From Convolutriloba macropyga (Eukaryota), in NCBI RefSeq assembly GCF_964194025.1, contig NC_134478.1:25296001-25360000 (forward strand): a DNA stretch of 64,000 bases, read 5' to 3'. The notes under the pieces were generated by a model. That model searched no databases. It had not been told where the DNA came from and was given only the letters and a program-made list of their open reading frames with translations. Numbering within the stretch: the first letter of the stretch is position 1; the number at the start of each line of letters is the position of its first letter. Below, in pieces: positions 11,643-23,450 of this stretch. Made by a program: the position numbers and the translations under genes.

Positions 11643-14600
11643 AGTTTGCTCGACAAACACAATTAAATGTCTAAACGCAGAAATCATACTTCATGGGAAC
11701 AGATGCGTTGGATTAATAGACAGTGGAAGTAGTATATCGCTTTTGATCTGGTCCACATACAAAAAACTGGGAAAACCGGTAATTGTACAAACATTCACAA
11801 AACGAGTGTTAACAGCCAATAACTCAGCTGTCAAAACAATAGGCAGAGTAACGCTTTTGATACAGTTGCAACCAAGACTACCGGAGACTGAAAAAGAGTT
11901 TGTGATAACGGCAGACGAAGGTATAGAATGTCTGCTGGGAATTGAATTCTTGAAAACCAATAAATGTGTATTGAACTTACACGAAGAGAAACTATACAGC
12001 AGTCTTTTTAAAATTTCAATACCGCTCACCACAGAGAAACGCAAGGTGTTCAAGTTCTTGCAATTGCGGGACAAAACCCTTATATACAGAGTAAAAACGA
12101 AAGTCTAATGAAAATTAGATTAGCTGATGAAAACGGAGAAGAAATTCCGGGAGTGGAAGGATTAATGGAAGCAATTGAAGATTTTGAATTAAAGACTGGT
12201 TTGCTTTTAGCCGCCTGTATGATATCGATGAAAGATGGTTGGAGTTTGATAAAAGTGTTAAATCTAACGGACGAACCAGTAACCGTGTATAAAAGCACTA
12301 AAGTCGGAACTTACTTTGAAAACAAACAAAACTTAGTTGTGAATGGAATTTTCACAAATCAAAATAAGCTAAAAACATTGGAAAATTTTCAAATGGGAAA
12401 ACACGCAAACTTGGAAGGTTCTAAACTAAATGACCAACAGAAAGAGAAAGTACAGGAATTGTTCAAGAGACATCGACAAGTCTTCTCACGAAACTCAAAT
12501 GATTTAGGATAATGTTACAAAATTAAACACCAGATTAAACTCAACAAAGGTGCACAGCCGTTCAGAAGAAGTTATTGCAGTCTGAGCTTCGATAAAAGAA
12601 AAGCAATGAAAAAATTGTCGAAGATCTGGAGGATGCAAAATTATTAGAACCAACCCATTCGTATTGGGCAGCACCATCAATATTGTTGAAGAAGAAAGAT
12701 GGCAGCTACAGACTAGTTGTAGATTACAGAGGTTTGAATAAACAAATCGAGAAAACCAGTTGGCCGCTACCAAGAAGAAATTTACAATATCGATTTGACA
12801 TCGGGATATATTCAAATGGCACTCGATGAAGAGTCACAGAACGTGACACTTTTTGTAACTCCAATGGGACTCTACAAATGGAAGAGACTACCCATGGGTT
12901 TGGCGTCATCGCCAAGAGCTTTCCAAAATTTAATGGAATTGATCATGTCGGGACTCTTCTATGAAGTGGCTTTAGTATACCTGGATGACATAATCATTTT
13001 CAGTAGATCCTTTGAGGAGCATCTCAAACGCCTAGATCTTGTACTTGGGCGACTTAAAGACGCTGGATTGAAATTAAAAGGCTCAAAATGCAGGTTTTTT
13101 CAGGAAAAAAATTCATTTCCTGGGACACATTGTATCATATAAAGGCGTAGAAGTGGATCCTGAGAAAGTAGCGGCAGTCAGTAAAATAAAATCCCACGAA
13201 CAATAAAAGAATTGAGAGCTATATTAGGACTAGCAGGCTTTTACAGAAGATTCATACAAGATTTCGGAAAAATAGCAGAGCCGCTTTATAAGCTATTAAA
13301 CAAAAAAGAACGTTTTACTTGGAGCAAGGAATGTGAATCAGCAGTTGAACAACTCAAACAAGCTAAACAGAAAGCACCAATTTTGGGTTATCCGAATGAC
13401 ACGGATCCCCATACGTTAACCACCGACGCTTCTTTGTTTTGGCATTGGAGCAGTTATTTCTCAAAGACAACAATGGGGTGAAAGTGTTATTGCATACGCA
13501 AGCAAAACGCTCAGCAAAAGTCAACGAAACTATTCTGCGACGAAACGAGAACTTTTTGCAATAGTTTATTTTACTCAACACTTCAGAAATTATCTTCTGT
13601 GACAAAAATTTTTAATTGTTATTGACCATAGGGCCCTCACGTTGTTATATAGTTTTGAAGAACCAGACGGATTATTGACCAGATGGATAGAAAAGCTCAG
13701 ACAGTTTGACTATGAAATCAAACACAAAGCGGAAACAGAATCCCTCACGCGGACTGTCTGTCGAGAGTTCCACAGACTGAAGACCAAGTCGAAGACTGCG
13801 ATCAAGTGAACCAAAAAAATACGGAAGAAAAAATATCTGGTCCATTGGACTAGGGAAATCTGTTGAACAACTAGTTGAACATCAGAAAAATGCAGCCGAC
13901 CTCATTATACTGAGAAACTGGATTGAAAACGGGAAACGCCCTCAGTTAAAACACATAGCATGAGCCTCTAGGGTACTGTGGAAACTTTGGACTGATTTCA
14001 GAATCTTACGGATTGAAAGTGATCTAATCAAGGGACAGAAACGTATTGACGAATTTAATAATTTAACACAAATAGTCATTCAGAGATCTCTTTTAAAAGG
14101 AATTCTGCCTTTCCTTCATGAACATTGTGGACATTTTGGTTTGGCCAAGAAATTCGATCGGGTTCGAAAACAATTCTACTGGCCCGGGATGAAAAAAGAT
14201 GTCCACGAGTGGGTAATTTCTTGCGAAGAATGCTGTCAAAAGAAATCTCCACACCAGAAACAGATACATAGCCTGACAACGTGGAAACCAAGTCATCCGT
14301 TCTGGCAAATTTCCTTAGACATTATGGGACCTTTACCCGAGTCCATCAGAAACAAATACATTCTGTTAATTGGAGATCAGTTTACAAAATGGTATGAAGC
14401 AATTCCCATGAGCAACCAAGAAGCTTCAACGGTAGCTAAGGCCTTTGTAAACGTATGGGTTTCAAAGTTTGGTTGTCCGGCAAATCTTCATAGCAACAAG
14501 GGCAGTATTTTATGTCGAATCTTTTCAAGAACATGTGTAGAGCGCTGGGAATTAACAGGACATCAACAACAGCTTATCACCCTCAAGGAAACGCAATGAT

Positions 14601-15669
14601 ATAGCGCACCAATCGCACAATCGAAGAGAGTCTTGCAAAATATTTGGGTGAACATCACAACACCTGGAGCGACTACCTTCCGCTAGTAATGATGGCGTAC
14701 AGATCATCAATTCACTCTGTTACGAAGTACAGCCCCTTTTACCTCCTTTTTGGACGATCATGCGCGCAGCCGATTGATTGCATGTATCAAACAATACAAA
14801 CCAAAATCTACACAACTTTGATTGATTGCGTTGTTTGTTTGAAAGACGAACTACAAACGTGCCATGAGTTGGTACGGGAAAGCATGGATGTGGAGCAAGA
14901 AAGACAAAAAACCTATTGTGACCGTAGCACATTTGGACCACAATATGAAGAAGGTGATTTCGTAATGGTGTTCAACACCACAAAAAAAAAACTGGCCAGA
15001 CAAATAAATTTACATCCTTTTACGGCAGACCTCAGGTAATACGTGAAATAATAGACGATCTGAACTTTGTTATTGAGAATGTGAAAACAAAAAAACAACA
15101 AAAGGTCCACTACGATCGACTCAAACGTTTTAACAGTAGAAGTGCTACCACTGATAAAAAAAGAACCTAAGAAGGGAATGATTGAACCGAGAACAACACA
15201 AAACGACGGTACGGAGGACAATGATTTTGTGGAAATTGAAGTGGTGACCCCAATATTGAACGACACAGAAAGAAGAGAAGTTCAACCTGAAGGAAAAATT
15301 AGTCAAATTAATCCTAATACTGAAACTCACAATGAGACAGTCAAAGACGAATCGCTTCAAACACCTATGGGTGGGAGTACAAGAGAATCAATAAATACTA
15401 ACACCAACAATAAGAGCAGAAGCACAAAGATACCTGCGCCCAAAGTAGCCACACAGCAGAAGCGGGAGAGTCTGGTGTCAACATCCGAAAGGAGTGAAGG
15501 CGAAGAATTTCCAAATAGGTGCACGGCTTCTACTTCGCAAAATGTCGCCGAACCAAGATATCAGACAAGAAGTGCGTCGGGAATAACAAGACCACGGAAA
15601 CTGAAAGACTATTTTTTTTTCAAGGATAAAGATTCAGATGAAAAATTCGATAATGATGTATTTTTTTAA
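11640..15669 (+). pseudogene. pol: Gypsy pol (PR, RT, RNase H, integrase and low-complexity tail), fragmented
   Basis: LIDSGSSIS; RLPMGL..YLDDII; LTTDAS, YSATKRELFAI; YWPGM..CEEC, LDIMGPLP, GDQFTKW, TKYSPFYLLFGR. Confidence 0.9.
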
Positions 15670-15686
15670 AAAGGTGATACGACAAA

Positions 15687-17176
15687 ATGCAGAGGGCGTG
15701 GAACCCACATTGGATCGTAAAGCTGAACTGGAAACTTCTTCAGTTGGTTAGAATATTAGGTTTTTCACAATGCTGGAGATTGTGTGGTATGATTTTAAGA
15801 ACGTTCTACAGACGCAGAAATTTGCAATGACGGAGCCGACAAAATGTGAAACGTCACATATAAACGAGGAGCAGGTAAACAAATGAGGACTGATCTACGC
15901 CAAATGCAGCATGAGTAAACTAAAATACTGCATGTACAGGGCTGCAAATACGGTAATTGTGCTGAAAAAGAGTAGTTGGTATGACGACGCAACTTATTTA
16001 AACGAAAAATCACAAATATTTCCAACGTTTTACCCAATAAGAGAGTCAGTCTGTTAACATCTATGGCAGGGACACAAAGCGCGGTTACCGGGTCTTGGTG
16101 ATTTTGAATTCAATGCTCAAAAAAAGTCCTCAACGAGATGAATGTTGACCGAACCGATGCTGAATTTTTTCAGAAGATATCAAAAACTTTCATGAAAGGC
16201 GGAGATGAGAAAGGAGTGAATTATGTCTACCCCGTGGATTGGATCAATCCAAAAGGTGAAACACAGAAAGGTAACATCATGATAAATGTTGAAATTTTCA
16301 TGCGGCTTTGTTCATTGCAACTAGAGAAGTAAATGAAGGAACATGGTTATATTTTAAAGAACCTTTGAAACAGGAGCAGACCCTGTTATATCAAGGAGAC
16401 ACATTGGAAATAGATTCAGTACAATATCTGTTCGACCAAGACAAAAAACTAAACATCTTAACGATCGTTAACTTTTCAGACTCGATAACAGCAAAAATAG
16501 TTCGCGCTGGAAACAAAAAGTACTTGACGAGCAAATTAGACAGAAAAAGAAATTTAGTTGTCCAGTTGAAAAACAAGACAAAACATATAGGTAATTTTCT
16601 GCTTTTTGGAACAAACCACAGACATTTGTTTTACACAGCGGAAAAGTTGACGGCCATGGAACAAATTTTTTCAACAACAGATATATCTGAGACAGATCTC
16701 AGGGACAAAAAACTCGACCAACTTTTTGGATGGGATTTTCGAGGCATGTTTGAAAACCTGAAACAAATAGAGTTATTAAATTGTCACATAAAAAAACTGC
16801 ACAGAGCTATAATTCTAACGACATCAATTAACGGAAATTCACACCAATTTTTCTTAAGTCAACAAAACGCCCTGAGTACAAGCGCAGAAAGAGCGGGAGG
16901 AATACTTTATGTCCATAGGTGCCTTAAAATTAGTTTTGTACGGAGGAAGTACCAATTAGGGTGTCTTCTGACAATACTTCAGAAGTAATTAGATACATGG
17001 ACCCCATTTCTAGAGTATCCTATAGAAATTTCACACTGATTAATTGCAACCCCATGTACCCGAACGCTCTTGAATTGCGGAATGGGTCATGGATAACATA
17101 TGGGCGAAGAATACAATTGATTGAAAAACCCAATGATATGCCTAATTATAGAGTTAACGTCAATTGGTCAACTTCG
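15687..17176 (+). pseudogene. env: Env-like glycoprotein, class III (gB/chuvirus-like), truncated
   Basis: Signal-like N-terminus, then LLNCHIKKL..AERAGGILYVHRC..GC and YMDPISRV..INCNPMYP..NGSW. This matches the cysteine pattern of class III fusogens in invertebrate LTR elements. Confidence 0.65.
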
Positions 17177-17697
17177 GCTCTTTTGTGTCACCTCTAACTG
17201 TTCTCACAATATCGTCGACATATCTTAGGAACACTTTAGTTTCGGTCGAATGGTTAATGTCAGTCTGATCATTTTCACGACAGAATGCGCACATCCAGAA
17301 CTGGTTTTCCATGCTATTATATTCTGTGTTACTGATTTGCTGTCATTTTGCGTGGAACCATCTATTACAAACTCCACGCTCAACAACCCTGGAACGATAT
17401 GTTACACGGTGTTCGCAATTGCGACAAGTGCTAGATTGTGTGTTGGTTTTACATTTAGGTGTCTGTAATTTCAGTTGTGGCTCCCACGATTTCATCCAAA
17501 GATTTGCCAAAATAACCGCCAAGGACGCACCCATTGCCAACCCGTCTTTCTGACAGTACCAACTTTAATTGCATTTGAAATGAACGTTGGTTACGGTTAA
17601 TTCAAGCAGACGTTTCATTGTTGTTCTAGGTATGTTTGGTTTATCGTCCATAGCATAAAGCGATCGCAGGGCAATTTTAATGGCTTCCTTTACGGGA
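17177..17697 (-). mobile_element. Continuation of the PLE RT-PHD copy interrupted at 9031
   Basis: Resumes exactly at gctcttttgtgtcacc. This copy keeps WMCAFC and GLAMGASLAVILANLWMKSWE. Confidence 0.88.
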
Positions 17698-17704
17698 ATA
17701 TTTC

Positions 17705-17800
17705 TGATGTGTGGACGACAGAGAACACGGCTTGATTGTCAAGCTTTTATTGAATCAAACATCAGACATCTATAATACACAAGTACATTAACATAGGATT

Positions 17801-17845
<45 letters not shown>

Positions 17846-17877
17846 TTATCAAGTTATGTAGGAGTCGTATTATGACA
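17705..17877 (-). repeat. 3' LTR (173 bp, TG...CA) containing (TA)n at ~17804-17843
   Basis: Minus strand: PPT GAGTGGTGAAGAA, then TGTCATAA...AATAAA...CCACACATCA. Confidence 0.8.
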
Positions 17878-18118
17878 TTCTTCACCACTCAAGTTCTTGT
17901 CACTCTATGTTTATCTCGTAGTCTTGCAAATGCTTATGTTTGTTTCGGACTCTGTCTGATCTTCGCGGTGCCGTGGTGGTCCCTTCAGGAACAGTGGCCG
18001 CTGGCTGGTCGTCATCTCTGTTTGATCTTCCCGGCGCCGTGGCGGTCTCTTCAGGAACAGTGGCCGCTGGCTGGTCGTCATCTATGACTGGTACATCGTT
18101 ATCCTGCGATCCCCTATC

Positions 18119-21100
18119 TCAACGTCCTCCGACGCCGGCAATCTCAACGTCCTCCGACGCCGGCGAAGGTATGTTTAAGGTGTCGTCGGTTGGCCTTCGC
18201 GACAAGTCCCCGGCAAAGACGGTGTCTATTCTACCATCAGGGAAGCTCACCCTCGTCAGATTCGGTGTTATGACCTCGTCTATTTTCACAGGAATAACAG
18301 GCATCTCATCTTTGTTTCGGACGTGCTTTTTTAAGTACGCATCACTGCCGGCTCGTATCCATCACGCCTGGGCGAAGACACCTCCTCCTGCCTTCCTTGT
18401 GAAGTTGAACAGCCTATCGTGAGGAGTTTCGCGGGTAACGGTGTTGATGAGGGTTCGAAGAGCGGACAGTGCTCTAGGCAAGAGATCCTCCCAGGCAGAG
18501 CCTTTCCGGCCTTCCGAGTGGAGAAGGCACTGTACGGACTTCCAGATGACACCGTTGTATCTCTCGTTCTGCCCGTTTCCCTTGGGGTGGTACGGTGACG
18601 TTCGAGAGAGACCGATACCCCGTGAGAAGCAGAATTCTTGGAATTCCTCTGATTGGAACTGGGTGCCACGATCTGAGTGTATGAAACTCGGAGGACCAAA
18701 AATTGAAAAGAGTTGAGCAAGGCAGCCTTTCACACTGCTTGATGTAATCTTGCGGAATGGAAAGGCAAAGGGGAACCGACTATTTTCGTCGATTACAGTC
18801 AATAAGTATTGATTTCCAGACTGTGATATCTCTTTGGGCCTCACGATATCGATGGATAACTTTTCCCAGGGTCTAGTTGACTAAATGAGTTGTTGTTTTG
18901 GTGGCTGATAAAACTTGGGCTTCCAGAGGGCACAAGTTTGACAATCTGTTACTGTTTGTCGGACTTCTTGGACAGAGAAGGGAAGCTTATATCGCTGAAC
19001 GTATTCGTAGAGACGTGTGATGCCTGCGTGCGCAAGATCCCTGTGAAGTTGCTGGCAGGTTTTGTTCTCGAGTGAAGCCAATCTGGAAAGGGCGTCGGCA
19101 AAAACGTTATCGCATACCTTATGATAACTAATGTCGAAATTGTATTGTGAGAGCTCTAGTCTCCATCGGACTAACTTTTGACTTTTTATCCGTGACGTAT
19201 TGCGACTGAAGATGAATGAGAGCGCATTTTTGGTCAGTTTTTACCAGGACTCTCGAGCAGCGTAACAAATCCGAGAATCGTCGAAAGCCCTCAACAATGG
19301 CCATCGCTTCGCGTTCAACAGCTGCGTATGCAGTTTCGGCTTTGGATAGTGTACGGGAGAAGAATCCGACGGGTTTTTCTTGTTGACACAAGGTTGCACC
19401 AATCCCCGAGCCGGAGGCGTCAGTTTCAAGGACCAAGGGCTCACCTGGTACAGGAAGCCATAAAATGGCCGTTCCAACTTCTTCCTTGAGTTTTTGAATT
19501 GTAGACTTGCATTCGGAGTCCAAGGGAAAAGCCCCTTGCTTCCGTGCTTTGAGCAACGGTGAGATTTTAGTGGAGAAATCTTTTATCCACTTGCAATTGT
19601 AGGCAAAGAAGCCTTCCAGGCGTTTCAATTGGGCTTGGTTTTCTGGTACCGGGTAATCTAGGAGGGTGCGTATTCTCTCCGGGTCCGGGCGTTTTGTTCC
19701 AGCTTCCACAATGTGTCCCAACATTGCGACGGTTTTGGTACGAAAAACGCACTTCGCCTCATTGAGGGTGAGGCTCTCTCGCTTTGCCGCCGCCATGAAG
19801 TGATTTAGATTTGCGTCATGTTCCTCCACTGTGCGTCCCCCTATGATGACGTCATCGAGATAGGCCAAAGTTCGTTCTAACTTATTCCGTTTGATGAAGG
19901 ACAGCATCTCCCTTTGAAAGACGGAGACGGCATTCGTGAGGCCAAAGGGGAGCCTGGTGAATTCAAAGAGCTGGCCACATGCCTCAAAGGCGTTGAATGG
20001 GCGATCTTCTTCTTTTATCGGGACCTGGTGATAAGCTGATTTCAAGTCGATTTTGGAGAATACAGTTTTCTGGGCTGCTTTGTCCAAGAGCTCTTGCATA
20101 TCCGGAAAAGGAAACGCGTCTTTGGAGGTGTATCGGTTCACTGTTTCGGAGTAGTCTATCACCATGCGGGGCTTGTGATCTCTATTTACGAAGGCTTGGG
20201 CGCGCCACGGGGACGTGGAGACGGTGATGATCCCATCCGCGATCATCCTTTTGACTTCAGTGTCCATGAAATTGCGGTCCTCGATCTTGTGTTTCCGTGA
20301 TTTTGAAGCGATAGGCTTTGCTTTGTAAACCGAAGGCGAAAAAATTACGGGTGGGTCAATTTGCATGGTTGGGAAACCAGATTGCGTGGATGAGGCGCAT
20401 ATCAGACTTGTTTTTGGTCGGTGACCATTGAACATCAGGTTCACTTCATGGTGCCTTCGAAGCACATCCAGTCCAATAATTACGTCTGCGACCAACGACC
20501 TAGCGACTGTGAACGCTACGTTATACTCGTTTTTGTTCATGACAATTGTTGCTTGTGTCGATCCACTAGTTACCAAGGTGTCTCCATTGGCCAGAGTTGT
20601 CTCTTTCCTCTTCTTATTGATCTTGAGGGCGAGTTTTGAAGCTGCTTCCAGAGTAATGAACGATCCGGTCGAGCCAGTGTCGATCATTCCCTGCACGGAC
20701 GTTCCCGCTTCTTTGAAGAAAATTTCTGCCTGCACAGTGTTGGCCGCTCCTGTAGCACAAAAAACTGATGCGACTGTTTGGTCCCCATTACCGTCGCTTT
20801 CAGGGGAAGCATACATGACTGCAGACGAGGAGCGACATACAGACGCCCAATGACCCAACTTCGAGCACTTGTGGCAGGTGTCGCGCTTCGCTGGACATTT
20901 GGTGCGAGGATGTGACTTGAGACCGCAAAAGTTGCATTTTGCTTTGGTGGTACCGTTGAAGGGGGGCCGTTGTGTACCAGGTTTTGTAGATGACAGTGTG
21001 AAAGTTGCACAATTCGTATCCGCAACTGCAACAACTGATGCTTCAGGCGACTTGAAAGACTTTGAGAAGTCCGTTGAAAGCTCGATTGCATTTGCCAAGG

Positions 21101-21569
21101 AAACACAGCTATCAATATCGGGTTTGGAATCCTACAGCTCTAACAACCGCGCACGAATCGTGTCGGAACGAAGTCCCGCAATTAGGGCATCGCGGGCTAA
21201 ATAATCCTTGTGCTGTTGAATGTCCAGGTCGGCACATTCGCAGTTCTCGACCAGGCGTTTCCAACGTCCAAAGAACTGTGTGACAGTTTCTTCCTCCTTT
21301 TGCCTAGCACTTAAGGCTTGGTGACGCGCGAACAGGACCCTTGTTGGCTTCAGGAACTGCTTGTCTAGTGTCGCTATGGCATCGTTGTAGCCGGTATTAC
21401 TCTCAAGAAGCGCAAAGTAGTCGGCCCCTACGTAGGTTCGCAAGAAGACCAGCTTGTCAGCATCTGTGGTGGTGCCATTAATGCGCAGTCCATCTGCAAA
21501 GCAACGTTTCCACCACTTCCATTGTTCCGGGGTAGCAGTTGCCGATAGGTCAGGTGGTTTGAACTTCAT
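18119..21569 (-). pseudogene. gag-pol: Gag-Pol polyprotein (TAG stops at 21132 and ~18881, frameshift near 19210)
   Basis: Gag QWKWWKRCF..RDALIAGL; CNFCGLKSH/CHKCSKLGHW; MIDTGS; SPWRAQ, RLPFGL, AYLDD; ETDASG, EREAMAI; HRDLAH..CQTC, IDENSRF, SDRGTQF, GNGQNER. Confidence 0.92.
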
Positions 21570-21623
21570 CTCGATTTTCTTTTGGGGAACCGATGTAAGT
21601 CAAGTTATACGCAAACAGAGGAG

Positions 21624-21698
21624 CAACCGGTGATACTTAAAGAAGTATCGGGGTTGGTATTTGTGAAGCCGGTGATACTTAAACAAGTATCGGGGCTT
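21624..21698 (-). other. Twin stem-loops between the SGNH ORF and gag
   Basis: Two copies of GATACTT-n4-AAGTATC with outer stems AAGCC/GGCTT and CAACC/GGTTG. Confidence 0.75.
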
Positions 21699-21709
21699 AG
21701 AAGACTAGC

Positions 21710-22299
21710 CTAGTTTCGAGAAAGGCCACAAATGCAGCGGCGGTGTGAGCAGTAGAAGGTTCCCGTGTGGCCCTCTCGATCCACTCGCTCGCTGAACTTG
21801 GCTCTGAGGACCCGTTGTTTGAGGATGCTTCTCACCCCACTGAGTCCTCTGTGATTTAGATGGACCCGGTCCCTTCGAACGTGGAGGTTCTCGTCGTAGA
21901 TGACCTTGGAAATTCCTCGAAACAACCAACCCAGGCCTGTGCTGCTAGAATTTGGTTGGTATGTTTCGACCTCTGCGGCTGATAGTGTCCTGGTGGGATT
22001 CCAATGACAAACACTCTCGGTGCGAGCGTGCAGGCCCTGTCAGCGAGGAGGCAGAGTTCGTTGGCAATGTCCAACTCAGAGGCTGATGAGGGGTTTCGAC
22101 CGTTGAAGAGGTCGTTCCCACCAACGAACAGCACGATGGTCTCGTACTGACCTGGCTGTGGAAGGAAGTTGTAGAAGTCTTTGATTCGCGCTCCCGGGGC
22201 GGACAAGACGTTAAAATTAGGAAACCTCAACGCCTTACCTTGTGAGTCTGTGAGGAAGAGGTTTGGTGTAGGAGACTCCCTCAGGATGTGGAATCGCAT
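21710..22299 (-). pseudogene. SGNH/GDSL hydrolase (esterase) ORF with one frameshift near 21940
   Basis: Block I TDSQG, block II PGA, block III GGND, block V DRVHLN (in frame 21710-21925), C-terminal CSHRRCIC. Confidence 0.8.
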
Positions 22300-22304
22300 G
22301 TAGA

Positions 22305-22317
22305 TGATTCAATAAAA
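22305..22317 (-). promoter_or_regulatory. Putative self-priming PBS
   Basis: TTTTATTGAATCA lies 1 nt after the inferred LTR end and is the exact reverse complement of LTR TGATTCAATAAAA (17745-17757). There is no TGG-type tRNA PBS. Confidence 0.7.
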
Positions 22318-22323
22318 TTGATG

Positions 22324-22523
22324 NNNNNNNNNNNNNNNNNNNNNNNNNNNNNNNNNNNNNNNNNNNNNNNNNNNNNNNNNNNNNNNNNNNNNNNNNNNNN
22401 NNNNNNNNNNNNNNNNNNNNNNNNNNNNNNNNNNNNNNNNNNNNNNNNNNNNNNNNNNNNNNNNNNNNNNNNNNNNNNNNNNNNNNNNNNNNNNNNNNNN
22501 NNNNNNNNNNNNNNNNNNNNNNN
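22324..22523. other. Assembly gap (200 N)
   Basis: Run of N. Confidence 1.
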
Positions 22524-23450
22524 TGTGTGTGTTGGAGGCATTCTGACAATGGTTCATCCCAGTTTCTTCCTTTTTTAATGATTTTCTGGAAAATGCATCT
22601 AAATCTGATAGCAATCAGTGAAATTAGTCCAAATGGATTGATTAGAGAAGCTTCCATTGATAGCACCTCCAATTGAGTTAGTTGTTGTCCTGTGTAGAGA
22701 AATTTTGGTTTTGCGAACATCAGCTTGTCCATCTTTGGATTCCACGTCTGACCTAGGATTTTTTGGGTTTTCATTTCGGCCTTGACCTCTTCCAGTGGGT
22801 TTTCCAAAGAGGTTGGTTTGTAGCTTGGGAACCTTGTCAAATTGAATCCACCTGTCAGCAAAACAGCTTCAATCTCATGTGCACTTCTGCGTGCCTCCTC
22901 CTCAGAGGGGTAGGTCTGTATGTAGAACAGCTGCACGATTGATTTGTACGCCTCTGGATGCTCTTGTTTGTGGTAATTTGCACGCTTCCGCAGATCAAAG
23001 ATCGCACAGGAAGGTGAACATGCGGCTCCAAAAACAAGTCGATTGTATTTGAAGACCTTTTCTTTGCCATCTTCTGTCCAGAGAAAACGTAGAATGTCCT
23101 GGTCTTGCAGTTGTATGCCACTCTGCATGAATTTTGCTTCGATGTCCCCTGTGACTGCTAGTGAGTACTGTCTAAAGCAGAGAAGAAGGTCATGCAGGTT
23201 GCAAAGTAGATTAGTAGATTAGGTCCTGACAGCAATGCATCAGTGATTGAGATTCCCTGATATTTTGCAGCAGCGTTTTTGACTCTGCGGATTTTGTCCT
23301 GCTTCTGTTTTTTTGGTCACTGTGTAATGGGGAAATTACCAAACGGAGTGTCTGCAAGAGGCAGTTTTTATCAGTCTGCAATTGTGATGCAGTTTTTATC
23401 CAAATCCTTTTTGATTGTTTCCTCGTAGCGATCTCTCAAGTTGTTGTCCC
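22524..23450 (-). mobile_element. BEL/Pao pol relic (RT and RNase H region)
   Basis: GDIEAKFMQ..DQDILRFLW..RLVFGAACSP; GGFNL; KILGQTWNP; ASLINPFGLI; WDEPL. Confidence 0.85.

Larger units (their letters stand above)
9263..17176 (+). mobile_element. Ty3/Gypsy LTR retrotransposon with env, 3'-truncated and decayed
   Basis: 5' LTR/PBS, gag, PR-RT-RH-IN order, then an env-like ORF. It ends abruptly in env with no PPT or 3' LTR. Confidence 0.9.
17705..22523 (-). mobile_element. Mag-like Ty3/Gypsy element with extra SGNH ORF; 5' LTR probably inside the N-gap
   Basis: 3' LTR 17705-17877, PPT, IN, RH, RT, PR, gag, SGNH ORF. The five bases before the gap (tgatg, 22319-22323) equal the LTR end at 17705. 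Confidence 0.88.

Noticed and set aside
17955-18085. ~65-bp tandem duplication after integrase as a regulatory or CRISPR-like array
   Set aside because: Two adjacent copies without spacers in a low-complexity tail; eukaryotic context with no cas genes.
21132-21134. TAG as programmed gag-pol readthrough
   Set aside because: It lies upstream of the zinc knuckles, inside Gag, and the element has other lesions. More likely a nonsense mutation.
22235-23128. ORFs spanning the N run (apparent BEL-esterase fusion)
   Set aside because: Artefact of translating through the assembly gap.
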